This document shows positions 1 through 9,000 of a DNA stretch of 64,000 nucleotides, piece by piece (within the stretch, counting starts at the first letter, position 1; every line of letters starts with the position of its first letter). A model generated the notes under the pieces. It searched no databases, was not told the DNA's origin, and worked only from the letters and a program-made list of their open reading frames with translations. Made by a program: the position numbers and the translations under genes. Source of the DNA: Variovorax sp. PMC12 (GTDB lineage Bacteria; Pseudomonadota; Gammaproteobacteria; Burkholderiales; Burkholderiaceae_C); contig NZ_CP027773.1 of the NCBI RefSeq assembly GCF_003019815.1, positions 5,019,324 to 5,083,323 on the forward strand, in the 5' to 3' direction.

Positions 1-717
1 GATGGCCACGCCGCTGGTGTGGTGCGCCAGCGCCGTGTGCAGCAGGGTCTGGTCGAGCCGGCGCAGGTTGCGCACGCCGTCGACGAAGCTGAAGCCGCTC
101 TGCGTGTCGAGGTATAGCAGGCCGTCGCGTGCAGGCAGGCCCAGGTCGAGCAGCGCGACGCCGTGCCTGGAGCTGCGGCCCTGCGGGCGCGCGGGTGCCT
201 GCGCGAGCTGGTCGTGCAGCGTCAGGGCCAGGCTGGTTGCCAGCGTGGTCACGCCGAGTCCGGCACGCGCGCCCAGCAATGCCAGCGTGCTGCCGCGTGT
301 GCCGCCTTGCAGGGTGCTGCGGCGGTCGAGCAGGGCGCGCAGCGTCGTCACCGCATCGGTGGGCGGCGCGGCCATGTCGATGAAATCGTCCACGCCCGCG
401 CGCAATGCGGAGAGCATGGCGGCGGGTTCGGCCGACACGCCGGTTGCCAGCACCGGCAGCGTGGGCCAGTCGCGCTTCAGGCGCTGGTGGAGCTGGATGG
501 CGTGGGCGCCCTGGTCGGGAGAGAAATCGATGAACACCGCCACCGGCCCGAGCAGCGCGATGCGCTCGTCGATCGACTTGGTGTCCGGCGCGAGGATCAC
601 CACCGATCCCAGCGTGCCGAGCGCATCGGTCAGCCACGTGATGTGGCTGCCGTTGCTCGACGCGAACAGGTAGGTCTCGCTGCCTGTCTCGGGAATGCTG
701 TCGCGTGGAGCGTTCAT
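1..717 (-). CDS. cpaE: Flp pilus assembly protein CpaE/TadZ (N-terminal 239 aa; C-terminus runs off the left edge of the window)
   Basis: Manual translation of the minus strand from ATG at 717: MNAPRDSIPETGSETYLFASS... A receiver-like N domain is followed by a MinD/ParA-like region with a deviant Walker A (LGARAGLGVTT). It sits directly downstream of cpaC in the tad locus. No stop codon is reached before position 1. Confidence 0.55.
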   Translation of the reverse strand, partial: MNAPRDSIPETGSETYLFASSNGSHITWLTDALGTLGSVVILAPDTKSIDERIALLGPVAVFIDFSPDQGAHAIQLHQRLKRDWPTLPVLATGVSAEPAAMLSALRAGVDDFIDMAAPPTDAVTTLRALLDRRSTLQGGTRGSTLALLGARAGLGVTTLATSLALTLHDQLAQAPARPQGRSSRHGVALLDLGLPARDGLLYLDTQSGFSFVDGVRNLRRLDQTLLHTALAHHTSGVAI

Positions 718-757
718 GGGGCCTGCCTGCTGCGATGCATGGTCCGCGTCATCGTGC

Positions 758-2155
758 TCAGCGGGAGAAGCCGGGAACCGGCGTGTCGATCAAGCCGCCG
801 AGGAAGTACGAGCGCCATACCGCGCCGTCGCGTTGCTCGGCGCTGCCGGGCAGGTACGGTGCGAGGTCGGTGCCGCGCGCAATGGGCTTCACCAGGTGCG
901 GCGTGACCAGGATCACCAGTTCCTTCTCGCTCATCTGGTAGTTGTTCTTGCTGAAGAACGTGCCGATGATCGGCAGGTCGCCAAGCAATGGCACCTTGCT
1001 GGCGTTCGAGGAGGTGGTGCGGCTGACGAGGCCGCCGATGATGAAGCTCTCGCCGTCGCCGAGCTCCACCGTGGTGTCGGCGCGGCGCGTGGTGATGGCG
1101 GGCACGGCGATGCCGTTCAGGTTGAGTGCGTTCGTGTAGTCCAGGTCGCTGGCCTCTGGCGCGACCTTGAGCACGATGCGTTCGTTGGAAAGCACGGTCG
1201 GTGTCAGCGTGAGGCCGATGCCGAAAGGCTTGTATTCGATGCTCGTGGTGCCCAGTCCCTGCGGCACGGGAATCGGCAACTCGCCACCGGCCAGGAAGCT
1301 TGCGCTCTGGCCCGACAGCGCCACCAGCGTGGGTTCGGCAAGCACGCGGGCCATGCCGTTGCCTTCGAGGAAGCCGACGTTCAAGCCGATGCCGGCCTTG
1401 CTGAAGTTGAACAGCAGGTCGAAGGCCTGCGCCAGCGGGTTGTTGTATTCGCCGGTGATCTGGCCATTGGCGGCAAAGCTTGCAGACGAGAGGGAGGACG
1501 GCGAGAAAACGCCGAAGCTGAATCCGCTCGAATTCGGGCGGGTGCTGAAGATGTTCAGCCCCGCCTGCTTGAGCACGCTGCGGTTGAATTCCACCACCTT
1601 GACTTCGACCTGCACCGTGCTGCTGCGCACGTTCACCACCGAGCGGTCGATCAGCTCCGTCTTCTCGGGGGCGCTGGCCAGCGCCGTCTCTCGCGCGGCC
1701 TGGTGCGTGATCATGTTGTCCATGGTGCCGGTGAGCGTGGACGAACGGCGCCGCACTTCGATAGGGTAGGTGGTGGCCACGGTGCTGCCCTTCTCCCAGA
1801 CCATCAGCGAGGTGCGCCCCGCGGCCTTGCCGGTCACGATCAGCCGTGCCGCTGCGGAGCTCGGTGTCTTGCGGGTGATGGTGACGTTGGCCACGGCCTC
1901 GTCGCCGATCGCCATCCGGTCGATTCCCTTGTCGAGCAGCAGCTCTTTCTGCGTACCGGCATCGAGGACGAGTGCCCGCTGCACGGGCTGCTGCATTGCG
2001 GTCTTTGCATCGGCGGCGGTGGATGCCAGCGGCCAGACGGCTTGGGTCATCGCGCACAGGGCGACCAGGGACGGGCGCAGCAGCCGCGATGAAACCTGGA
2101 CGGGGCTGCTGCTTCTAGCGGCTCGGGTCGATTGCGCGCGAGGCGTGTGGTGCAT
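758..2155 (-). CDS. cpaC: Flp pilus secretin CpaC/RcpA (type II/III secretion system secretin family)
   Basis: 465-aa ORF with a secretin C-terminal domain (..VPLLGDLPIIGTFFSKNNYQMSEKELVILVTPHLV..). Position in tad locus. ATG at 2155. The true start could be further in because a signal-peptide-like segment occurs about 30 aa downstream. Confidence 0.85.
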   Translation of the reverse strand: MHHTPRAQSTRAARSSSPVQVSSRLLRPSLVALCAMTQAVWPLASTAADAKTAMQQPVQRALVLDAGTQKELLLDKGIDRMAIGDEAVANVTITRKTPSSAAARLIVTGKAAGRTSLMVWEKGSTVATTYPIEVRRRSSTLTGTMDNMITHQAARETALASAPEKTELIDRSVVNVRSSTVQVEVKVVEFNRSVLKQAGLNIFSTRPNSSGFSFGVFSPSSLSSASFAANGQITGEYNNPLAQAFDLLFNFSKAGIGLNVGFLEGNGMARVLAEPTLVALSGQSASFLAGGELPIPVPQGLGTTSIEYKPFGIGLTLTPTVLSNERIVLKVAPEASDLDYTNALNLNGIAVPAITTRRADTTVELGDGESFIIGGLVSRTTSSNASKVPLLGDLPIIGTFFSKNNYQMSEKELVILVTPHLVKPIARGTDLAPYLPGSAEQRDGAVWRSYFLGGLIDTPVPGFSR

Positions 2156-2193
2156 GTGTTCTTCCTGGAAGGCGGTATCTGCTGGCTGTTCGA

Positions 2194-3201
2194 TCAGTAG
2201 TTCACGGTTTCGCTGCGCTCGCCGCGAATCACTTCGACCTGGAGGCCGCCGCGCGTGCCGGTGCCGGTTGCGGCGCGCCGGTTGGCAGTGGCGGCAACAG
2301 CGCGCGCTTCGACGGCCGCGGGCTTGACGCTCGACCCCTGGCCGCCGGTGGACAGGTCGAGAGCGGTCAGGCCGGCCTGTGCGAGATCGAGTCCTTCGAG
2401 TGGCGCGCGGCGCGCCTCGCCCGCCTTGGACGACACGGGTTGCAATGCGGTGGGAAGTTCGGCGAAGAGTTTCGGGTCCGGCTGCGACATGTCATTGGGA
2501 TTGCGCAGTGCCAGCATCAGCCGGCCGCTGGCGTCGCCGATGGTCAGCCGGTTCACCTCGTCCACCGGCACCGCCAGCACGGCGGTGCGTGCCATCTCGT
2601 TGCGCTGGGCCTGCTGGGCGGCCGCCTTGTCGGGCGACTTGGACGGCATGCCGTCGACGGATGCGCTGCCGAAGGCCAGCACGCGCTTGCGGGAGAGCAG
2701 CAGTCGCGCCTGGCTGCGGTCGACGTCCTTGCCGTCCGACTTGAGCGTGATGAACACGTCGACGAAGTCGCCGGGCTGGATCTTGTTGCCCGCGCCCATG
2801 ATCTCGTCGGTCTTGATCGCGACCGCGCGCTCGCCTTCCGCGACGCGCAGCGCAAGGCCGGAGACGAGCTGGTTTTCCATCAGCGGGGTGCCTTCGGCGA
2901 GATCGATCACCGGCACGCGTCCGGCCGCCACGGATGCATCCTGGAACGCGCCCGCTGGGTTGATCGTCAGGCGCTCCACGCGCAGTGCATCCGCGGGAAT
3001 CGCCTCGCCCGCGGGCAGTGTCTTGGCTGCCACGACGACCGGATAGACCAGCACCTCCTTGGCCTTGGTGGGGGCTGCGGCGGGGCCCGTGGCCGCCGCG
3101 ACGGGAGCGGGTGCCTGGCGGCTCAGCATCCAGGCGTAGCCACCGAGTGCGATGGCCAGGAGCACGAGGAGGGCGGCGAGGATCTTGGTGAGGTTGATCA
3201 T
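2194..3201 (-). CDS. cpaB: Flp pilus assembly protein CpaB/RcpC (SAF domain)
   Basis: N-terminal TM anchor (MINLTKILAALLVLLAIALG), then SAF-like and RcpC regions. The track start at 3228 is a TTG, so the ATG at 3201 was chosen. Located between cpaA and cpaC. Confidence 0.8.
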   Translation of the reverse strand: MINLTKILAALLVLLAIALGGYAWMLSRQAPAPVAAATGPAAAPTKAKEVLVYPVVVAAKTLPAGEAIPADALRVERLTINPAGAFQDASVAAGRVPVIDLAEGTPLMENQLVSGLALRVAEGERAVAIKTDEIMGAGNKIQPGDFVDVFITLKSDGKDVDRSQARLLLSRKRVLAFGSASVDGMPSKSPDKAAAQQAQRNEMARTAVLAVPVDEVNRLTIGDASGRLMLALRNPNDMSQPDPKLFAELPTALQPVSSKAGEARRAPLEGLDLAQAGLTALDLSTGGQGSSVKPAAVEARAVAATANRRAATGTGTRGGLQVEVIRGERSETVNY

Positions 3202-3282
3202 GGGCGGCGGATGAAGATTTGGGGGCAAGCGATCATGGGACTGGAGGAATGAAGGGCCTGCTGTGACAGAGGCAGATGACTG

Positions 3283-3786
3283 CTAACTCTGTCGCCCCCA
3301 GACCATCCAGGCCGCGGTGGCCAGCGACAGATAGGCTGCGTAGGGAACGATGCGCTTGCGCGCCGTCGTGGGCGCTGCGCCGTTGCTGGTCGCCGACGAG
3401 CGCCCCAGCAACATCAGCGACAGCCGCGGTGCCACGGGCCAGCGCTGCAGCGCGAGCCAGAGCGCGCTGTGAAGGCCTGCCAGCAGGCTGGCCACGACCC
3501 AGATCGGCAGCAAAGCCTGCAGGCCCACCCAGAGTCCGAGCGCGCCTGCGAATTTCACGTCGCCAGCTCCCATGAGGCCAACGGCGTACAGGAGCAGCAA
3601 GGCGCCGAAGCCGACGGCCGCTCCCGTGAGTGCGGTGGACCATTCGATGCCGAAGGGCTGCGTCCCGAGGGCGAGTGCGGCCAGCGCCACTGCGGCGCCG
3701 GCGAGCACGAGCCAGTTGGGAACGCGGCGTTGACGGAAGTCATAGACGGCGACGAACAGCAACCACAGCAGACACGCCAATCGCAT
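3283..3786 (-). CDS. cpaA: A24-family prepilin peptidase CpaA/TadV
   Basis: 167-aa polytopic membrane protein with the conserved GAGDVKF aspartate motif. Immediately downstream of the flp pilin genes. Confidence 0.85.
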   Translation of the reverse strand: MRLACLLWLLFVAVYDFRQRRVPNWLVLAGAAVALAALALGTQPFGIEWSTALTGAAVGFGALLLLYAVGLMGAGDVKFAGALGLWVGLQALLPIWVVASLLAGLHSALWLALQRWPVAPRLSLMLLGRSSATSNGAAPTTARKRIVPYAAYLSLATAAWMVWGRQS

Positions 3787-3801
3787 TGCTTGTGTTGCTT
3801 C

Positions 3802-3987
3802 TCAGGACGCCGGCGCAGTTACCTTGCCGGCGATGTACGTGAAGAGACCTGAGAGTTTGGTGCCGAGACCATTGCTACCGCTGAGGGACGTCACGATGGC
3901 GACGGCGACGAGGCCGGCAATGATCCCGTACTCGATAGCGGTAGCGCCTTCTTCGTCGCGAAGGAAACGGGCAATTGAGTTAAGCAT
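3802..3987 (-). CDS. flp: Flp/Fap family pilin (copy 2)
   Basis: 61 aa, MLNSIARFLRDEEGATAIEYGIIAGLVAVAIV..., the canonical Flp prepilin (G/XXXXEY processing motif). RBS AAAGG upstream. Confidence 0.9.
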   Translation of the reverse strand: MLNSIARFLRDEEGATAIEYGIIAGLVAVAIVTSLSGSNGLGTKLSGLFTYIAGKVTAPAS

Positions 3988-4048
3988 GATGAAGCCTTTC
4001 AGATGGATTAGGAGACTGACAGGGGAGCTTGTTGCTATGGATTCTTTG

Positions 4049-4234
4049 TTAAGAGGCGGGGGCAGTCACTTTGCCGGCAATATAGGTAAAGAGACCAGAA
4101 AGCTTGGGGCCGAGGCCATCGGTGCTGGAGAGGGCCGTAACAATTGCGACTGCAACCAATCCCGCAATGATTCCGTATTCAATTGCGGTCGCACCCTCCT
4201 CGTCCTTTAAAAAACGAGTAATTAGGCTATGCAT
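4049..4234 (-). CDS. flp: Flp/Fap family pilin (copy 1)
   Basis: 61 aa, about 80% identical to the downstream copy. Same Flp motif. RBS AAAGGGG. The AT-richer 400-bp region upstream (4235-4650) is the likely tad promoter region. Confidence 0.9.
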   Translation of the reverse strand: MHSLITRFLKDEEGATAIEYGIIAGLVAVAIVTALSSTDGLGPKLSGLFTYIAGKVTAPAS

Positions 4235-4649
4235 GATTTACCCCTTTCAGTAAGTGTTAACAAAGGCTGATGGGGTGGATGTTATACACAGTAACTCCGT
4301 GTATCAACAAGAGAAACCCACAAGACACGCACTTAGCTGTGCTAGCCAAAAGGTGTAAGCACGATGGCGGCCAGCTTTCCGCCAGCCGGGTCCCGGGGGA
4401 AGGACGATCGGCCAACCGACACTTTGAAGGTTAATTTTTCCCTCTGTAGGCCGCGTCCGACCTCCCATGAAGTGGGGAGGGGAACGTTACGGCGCCGGGA
4501 ACGCGCGAAAGGGCTGCGTTACGGGTACAAACCCGTTACGCGTTACGTAGCACGGGGCCACAAAGCACGATTTGTAACGCTGAAAAAAGCCAGAAAGCGT
4601 GAGCAAAATGTCACGACTCAGCGGTCGTACCCGCGTGGTCAGCAGGGGT

Positions 4650-6038
4650 TCAGCCGAGGATGTCTTCGTGGAAGAGCTTCCACTCGCTGCCTTGGCGCAG
4701 CCAGTACTGGCGCCGCGAGCGCCCGCTCTTCTCGCCTTCGAACACTTCGCCGAAGGTAACCACCATCGTGTCGTCACCGTCCCGCCAGTGGAGGAACGAC
4801 ATGTCCTTGAGCTGCACGCGCTTGCCCTGCGCGTATTTCACTTCGTCTTCGACGGCTGAAATGCCTTCGGTGGATTTCTTGCTGATGCGCTGGAAATCGG
4901 GCAAATAGAATTTCTTCAATTGTGCTTCATTTCCATTGGCCCGCGCGTCTTTCCAGCCATTTATTGCGCTGGAAATGGATTGCGATTCTTTTTCGGCCTG
5001 CGGCTGCGAAATCCATTGCAGGCTGCGTGCGGTGACCACCGGCGTTGCGCCGATTTGCACTTTTCGCAAAAGCTGCTTCAAGTCGGGGTTGGCCATGACC
5101 ACGCAGCCGTCGCTGGCCAGCGGCGCCCGTGCGAACTGCTGGGGCGGGGTGCCGTGCAGCCAGATGCCGCCGCCGGTCTTGCCGCGCCGCACGTCGTACG
5201 GATTGGGGTAGTTGATGGGCAGGGCGCCCGCGCCGTAGAAGTCCTTGAGCGACTTCGGGTCGAGGCTGCTGGTGATGTAGTACACGCCCAGCGGCGTGCG
5301 GGCATCGCCTTCGGTGGCCTTGTCGGTGCCCGACTTGCCGACCGAGATGTAGTAGTCGGCCGTGAGCTTCAGGCCCTTGTCGCTGTTCTCGAACAGGTAC
5401 AGGCGCGAGCGCGAGGCATCGACCGCAATGGCGTAGCGGCTGCGCGTGGAGAGCGCCAGGAACTGCGACGGCACGGTGTTGGCCGGTGGCCGTTCGCGCA
5501 GGGCCTGCAGGCGGCGGCGCGATTCTTCGTGCAGTTCGGCCATGGCCGGGTTGCCGCGCATCCTGGCGATGCTGGCGGTGTCGGGCAGGCTGTTCGACGG
5601 CGGCACCTGGGCCGCGAGCAGGTCGCCATAGACGAGCTGCGCGAGCTGGAAGTTCGGGTAGTCGCGCACCAGGTCGCGGGCCTTGGCGAGCGCGGGACGA
5701 GCCTGGCCGCGGCCGAACATTTCGTAGACGGCGATCAGGCGGGCCTCGGCGTTGCTGGCTTCCTGGATCGGCGCGGCGGCGCGCGCCGGCCTGCGGGCGG
5801 GCTTGGCGGCGGCTGCCTTGGCTTCGGCCACCGCGGCCTTCTTGCCGCCCCTGGCTTCCTTCGCCTCCCTGGCGGAAGCGCGTGCGCCGTGCGCGGCGGG
5901 AGCGCGGTTGCTGCCCACCGCCTTGGGTTTGGACTTGGAGGCGCCGTTGCCGCTGCCGGCTTTCGCGTTGCTCTGCTTGGCCGCAGCCGACGCCTGCGCG
6001 GCACCCGGTGCCGCGAGCATCAGCGCCGAGGCTGCCAT
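4650..6038 (-). CDS. L,D-transpeptidase family protein (YkuD domain) with a C-terminal SnoaL/NTF2-like domain
   Basis: YkuD catalytic region (..GGGIWLHGTPPQQFARAPLASDGCVVMANPDL..). Signal peptide MAASALMLAAPGAAQA at the ATG at 6038. The longer ORF up to 6410 overlaps the upstream TPR gene and is unlikely. A Lys/Ala-rich low-complexity linker follows the signal. Confidence 0.75.
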   Translation of the reverse strand: MAASALMLAAPGAAQASAAAKQSNAKAGSGNGASKSKPKAVGSNRAPAAHGARASAREAKEARGGKKAAVAEAKAAAAKPARRPARAAAPIQEASNAEARLIAVYEMFGRGQARPALAKARDLVRDYPNFQLAQLVYGDLLAAQVPPSNSLPDTASIARMRGNPAMAELHEESRRRLQALRERPPANTVPSQFLALSTRSRYAIAVDASRSRLYLFENSDKGLKLTADYYISVGKSGTDKATEGDARTPLGVYYITSSLDPKSLKDFYGAGALPINYPNPYDVRRGKTGGGIWLHGTPPQQFARAPLASDGCVVMANPDLKQLLRKVQIGATPVVTARSLQWISQPQAEKESQSISSAINGWKDARANGNEAQLKKFYLPDFQRISKKSTEGISAVEDEVKYAQGKRVQLKDMSFLHWRDGDDTMVVTFGEVFEGEKSGRSRRQYWLRQGSEWKLFHEDILG

Positions 6039-6115
6039 CAGCGCTGCCAGCAGGTGTCCGCTGCGCGGACGGAACGGAGGATTCTGAAGCCGGCCGCGCC
6101 GGACGATGTCTGCCA

Positions 6116-7243
6116 CTAGCCGCCGACGCTTTCCTTGCGAATGTGCCACTGATTGCCGGAGCGCTGCATATCCAGCGTCTTGCGGCTGGAGACGTTGAGG
6201 TTGTCGGCGCGATAGATCTGGCGGAACTTGGCCGTGGCGTTGTCGCCGTCGACCTTGATGACCAGGTTCTCGATGTTCACGCTGATGCTGGACTTGCCGA
6301 CGATGCGGGCGCGGCGGTCTTGTTCCCAGCTCTTGCGGCTCTGGCCGCCGCCGGGAGTGAAGTCGCTGCCGTAGGCCGCGAGGTAGCGGTCCATGTCCTG
6401 GCTGGCCCACGCCGAAGCCCAGGCGCGCACGGCCGATTCGACCTCGGCGTTGGCGGCCGGGCTTGCCGCGGGCGCGGGCGACGGTGCCGGGGCGGGCGCT
6501 GGCTCGGGCGCCTTGGGCGCGGCGGCCACCGGGGCGGGCGCCGCCGCGACCTTGGCGGGCGGCGGTGCGGCGGGTGCAGGTGCGGGAACCGGTGCAGGTG
6601 CAGCGGCCTTTGCCACGGGAGCAGGGGCAGGGGCAGGCGCCGGCACGGGCGCAGCCGACGCAACCAGCGTGCCCGGCTTGCCGCCCGCCAGCGCAGGCGT
6701 CGGCGTGAAGAGCGTGCGGATCACCGCCAGCTTGGGCTGCACGGCCGTGTTGTTCTGGTCGAGCTGCAGCGCCTTGCTGTAGGCCTGGCTGGCGAGCCGT
6801 GCATACACGTCGCCGAGGTTTTCCTGGGCGGTGGCGTAGCTGGGGTTGGTGCGGATGGCGCTTTCGAGCGCGGCGCGCGCCTTGTCGAACTGGTTCTGGC
6901 TTGCGTAGATCACGGCCAGGTTGTTGAACGGCTCGGGCAGCTCGGGTGCGTCCTGCGTGAGCTGCGTGAATGCGGCGATGGCCTCGGCGCGCTTGCCGGT
7001 GTCGAGCTGGATCACGCCCTTGAGGAAGCGCATCTGCGGATCGCGCGGCTTGTCCTTGAGGAAGGCGTCGGCCTTCGTCATGGCTTCGTCGAGCTTGCCG
7101 GCCTGCATGAGCTTGTCGACTTCTTCATGTTCGACGGCGGACAGCGCGGGCAGCGCCACGGCACAGGTCGCAGCGGCCAGGAAGAGGGCACGCACGGAGG
7201 GGGAGAAGCTGAAACGGGCGCGTGGCCGGGGGCTCTTGGGCAT
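6116..7243 (-). CDS. TPR-repeat protein with a Pro/Ala-rich linker and a C-terminal SnoaL/NTF2-like (DUF4440-like) domain
   Basis: Signal peptide, TPR helices (..NLAVIYASQNQFDKARAALESAIRTNPSYATAQENLGDVY..), a long PAPAPAPAP linker, then a C-terminal domain of the same type as in the adjacent L,D-transpeptidase. The track start at 7252 is a TTG, so the ATG at 7243 (MPKSPRP..) was chosen. Confidence 0.7.
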   Translation of the reverse strand: MPKSPRPRARFSFSPSVRALFLAAATCAVALPALSAVEHEEVDKLMQAGKLDEAMTKADAFLKDKPRDPQMRFLKGVIQLDTGKRAEAIAAFTQLTQDAPELPEPFNNLAVIYASQNQFDKARAALESAIRTNPSYATAQENLGDVYARLASQAYSKALQLDQNNTAVQPKLAVIRTLFTPTPALAGGKPGTLVASAAPVPAPAPAPAPVAKAAAPAPVPAPAPAAPPPAKVAAAPAPVAAAPKAPEPAPAPAPSPAPAASPAANAEVESAVRAWASAWASQDMDRYLAAYGSDFTPGGGQSRKSWEQDRRARIVGKSSISVNIENLVIKVDGDNATAKFRQIYRADNLNVSSRKTLDMQRSGNQWHIRKESVGG

Positions 7244-7382
7244 TGCGGACAAGACCTCGTAGGGGGTGGGTGATGCGGCAGGGATTGTAAGTGGGGCAGG
7301 TAACCCCCCGATACAGGCCTGACAGTCTTTCGATGCCTTTCAGGTTTGCCCGCAACGGGCGTCGCCGCGGTACAGTGCCGCC

Positions 7383-8345
7383 GTGGACCGCCTCCAAAGC
7401 ATTGAAACTTTCGTTCGTGTCGCGCAGACCCAGAGCTTCGCGGAAGCGGCTCGGCAGCTGCGGGTGGCCAACTCGGTGGTGACCACGCGGGTCAAGCAGC
7501 TCGAGGAATTCCTGGGTGCGCCGCTGTTCCACCGCAGCACGCGCGTGGTGCGGCTCAGCGACATGGGCCAGGCCTTTCTGCGCGACTGCACCGAGCTGGT
7601 CGTGCGTGCCGACAACATCGTCGACCAGATGCGCGACGCGCGCGGCACGCCTTCGGGCACGCTGCGGGTGCATGCGCTGACCGGCATGGTGCTGGGCCGC
7701 TTCGCCTCGCTGCTGCGCGAGTTCCAGACCACCTACCCCGACATCCACCTCGAGCTGATCGTGAGCGACGCGGTGGCCGACCCGGTCAAGGCCGGCGTCG
7801 ACTGCGCGCTGCAGATCTTTCCGGCGGCCTCGCAGGAACTGGTGTCGCGCCCGCTCTTCCCGGTGCGGCGCGTGCTCTGCGCCACGCCCTCCTACCTGGA
7901 GGCCCACGGCACGCCCGCCACCCCGCGTGAACTGCACCGCCACAAGCTGGGCCTGTATTCGGGCTATCCCACGCGCGACCGCTGGACCTTCCATCACAAC
8001 GGCGAGCAGACCACCATCTACCTCGCCGCCGCGCTGCTGACCAACAGCGTGCACCTGCTGCGCGAATATGCACTGGAGCATGCCGGCATCGTCTGCCTGC
8101 CGACGCTGGTGGCGGGAGACGCCATCGCCCGCGGCGACCTGCAGGTGGTGCTGGCCGAGCACCAGCTGTCGTCGTTCTCGCTGAGCGCGGTGTACGCGGG
8201 CACCTCGCGCAATGCGCTGAAGCTGCGGCTCTTCATAGAGCACATCGCCACGCGCTTCACCCGCGTGCCGCCGTGGGACGCCACGCTGATCGAGCGCGGC
8301 CTCATTCCCGCCGAACTGATCGAGTTCAGCCGCTCCAGCGGATAG
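7383..8345 (+). CDS. LysR-family transcriptional regulator
   Basis: N-terminal HTH (MDRLQSIETFVRVAQTQSFAEAARQLRVANSVVTTRVKQLEE) and a LysR substrate-binding domain. GTG start. Confidence 0.85.
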   Translation: MDRLQSIETFVRVAQTQSFAEAARQLRVANSVVTTRVKQLEEFLGAPLFHRSTRVVRLSDMGQAFLRDCTELVVRADNIVDQMRDARGTPSGTLRVHALTGMVLGRFASLLREFQTTYPDIHLELIVSDAVADPVKAGVDCALQIFPAASQELVSRPLFPVRRVLCATPSYLEAHGTPATPRELHRHKLGLYSGYPTRDRWTFHHNGEQTTIYLAAALLTNSVHLLREYALEHAGIVCLPTLVAGDAIARGDLQVVLAEHQLSSFSLSAVYAGTSRNALKLRLFIEHIATRFTRVPPWDATLIERGLIPAELIEFSRSSG

Positions 8346-8378
8346 CGCACGAACAGGGGTAAACCCGGTCGATTATTC

Positions 8379-8401
8379 GGAGACTCCGAATAATCCTCTT
8401 C
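8379..8401. promoter_or_regulatory. Perfect 11-bp inverted repeat ATTATTCGGAG-a-CTCCGAATAAT containing a T-N11-A LysR-type box, upstream of the dioxygenase operon
   Basis: Read directly from the sequence between the lysR stop and the ATG at 8466. The core TCGGAGACTCCGA fits the LTTR T-N11-A consensus. Confidence 0.4.
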
Positions 8402-8465
8402 CAAACTGGTCCCTACCGGCGGCGTCGCATGGCTCCTAGAGTTCGCTCATCCAAGGAGACAAGCC

Positions 8466-8987
8466 ATGACAGCCGCTACTTCGACCACCTACCGCACCCG
8501 CTTCGGGTCGCTCAAGCACTTCGAAAAGGGCCACGTCGAACCCATCGACGACGACGTGCGCCACTACGCGTTCTCCAACTGCTTCGAGATCGCGAGCATC
8601 AGCAAGCCCTACGAGAAGGTCGTGTTCGGCCAGAACCAGATCTACGTCCTGGAGACGCTGCGCGCCGAAGGCACCTCGCCCTGGTACACCTGCGCGCATG
8701 ACGAGTTCGCGCTGGTGATGGACGGCGAGGTCGAGGTGCACCTCGTGCAGCTCGACGCCGCGCAGGCCGTGGCCGACAAGGAAAAGAACGGCGCCGTGCT
8801 CGTCGAGGGCGAGCCCAGGGGCAAGAGGATGGGCTGGATGAAGCTCTCGCGCGGCCACCAGGGCCTGCTGCCGAAGAACACCGCCTACCAGTTCCGCAGC
8901 GCCGGCGAGCCGGGCGTGATCGTCCTGCAGAGCTGCAAGGGCGATCTCTCCGTAGAAAAGTGGGCCGACATCTGCCAATCGCATTGA
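8466..8987 (+). CDS. Putative hydroquinone 1,2-dioxygenase small subunit (HapC/PnpC1/HqdA-like), about 19 kDa
   Basis: 173 aa, directly followed by a 335-aa partner, an aldehyde dehydrogenase and (elsewhere in the window) maleylacetate reductase and pcaIJF. This matches the size and order of two-subunit hydroquinone dioxygenase operons. Strong RBS AAGGAGA. Assignment by context and size, not by motif. Confidence 0.5.
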   Translation: MTAATSTTYRTRFGSLKHFEKGHVEPIDDDVRHYAFSNCFEIASISKPYEKVVFGQNQIYVLETLRAEGTSPWYTCAHDEFALVMDGEVEVHLVQLDAAQAVADKEKNGAVLVEGEPRGKRMGWMKLSRGHQGLLPKNTAYQFRSAGEPGVIVLQSCKGDLSVEKWADICQSH

Positions 8988-9000
8988 GAGGAACCGCAAC

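Noticed and set aside
714-2057. Long alternative-frame and opposite-strand ORFs throughout (for example 714-2057, 695-2092, 7125-8243, 8599-11124, 11254-12936, 15045-16355, 20365-21597, 22316-23635, 31017-32666, 32825-34405, 36037-37320, 45929-47617, 58394-61246)
   Set aside because: Typical spurious open frames of about 68% GC DNA. They have Arg/Ala/Pro/Gly-rich low-complexity translations and overlap well-supported genes with recognisable motifs.
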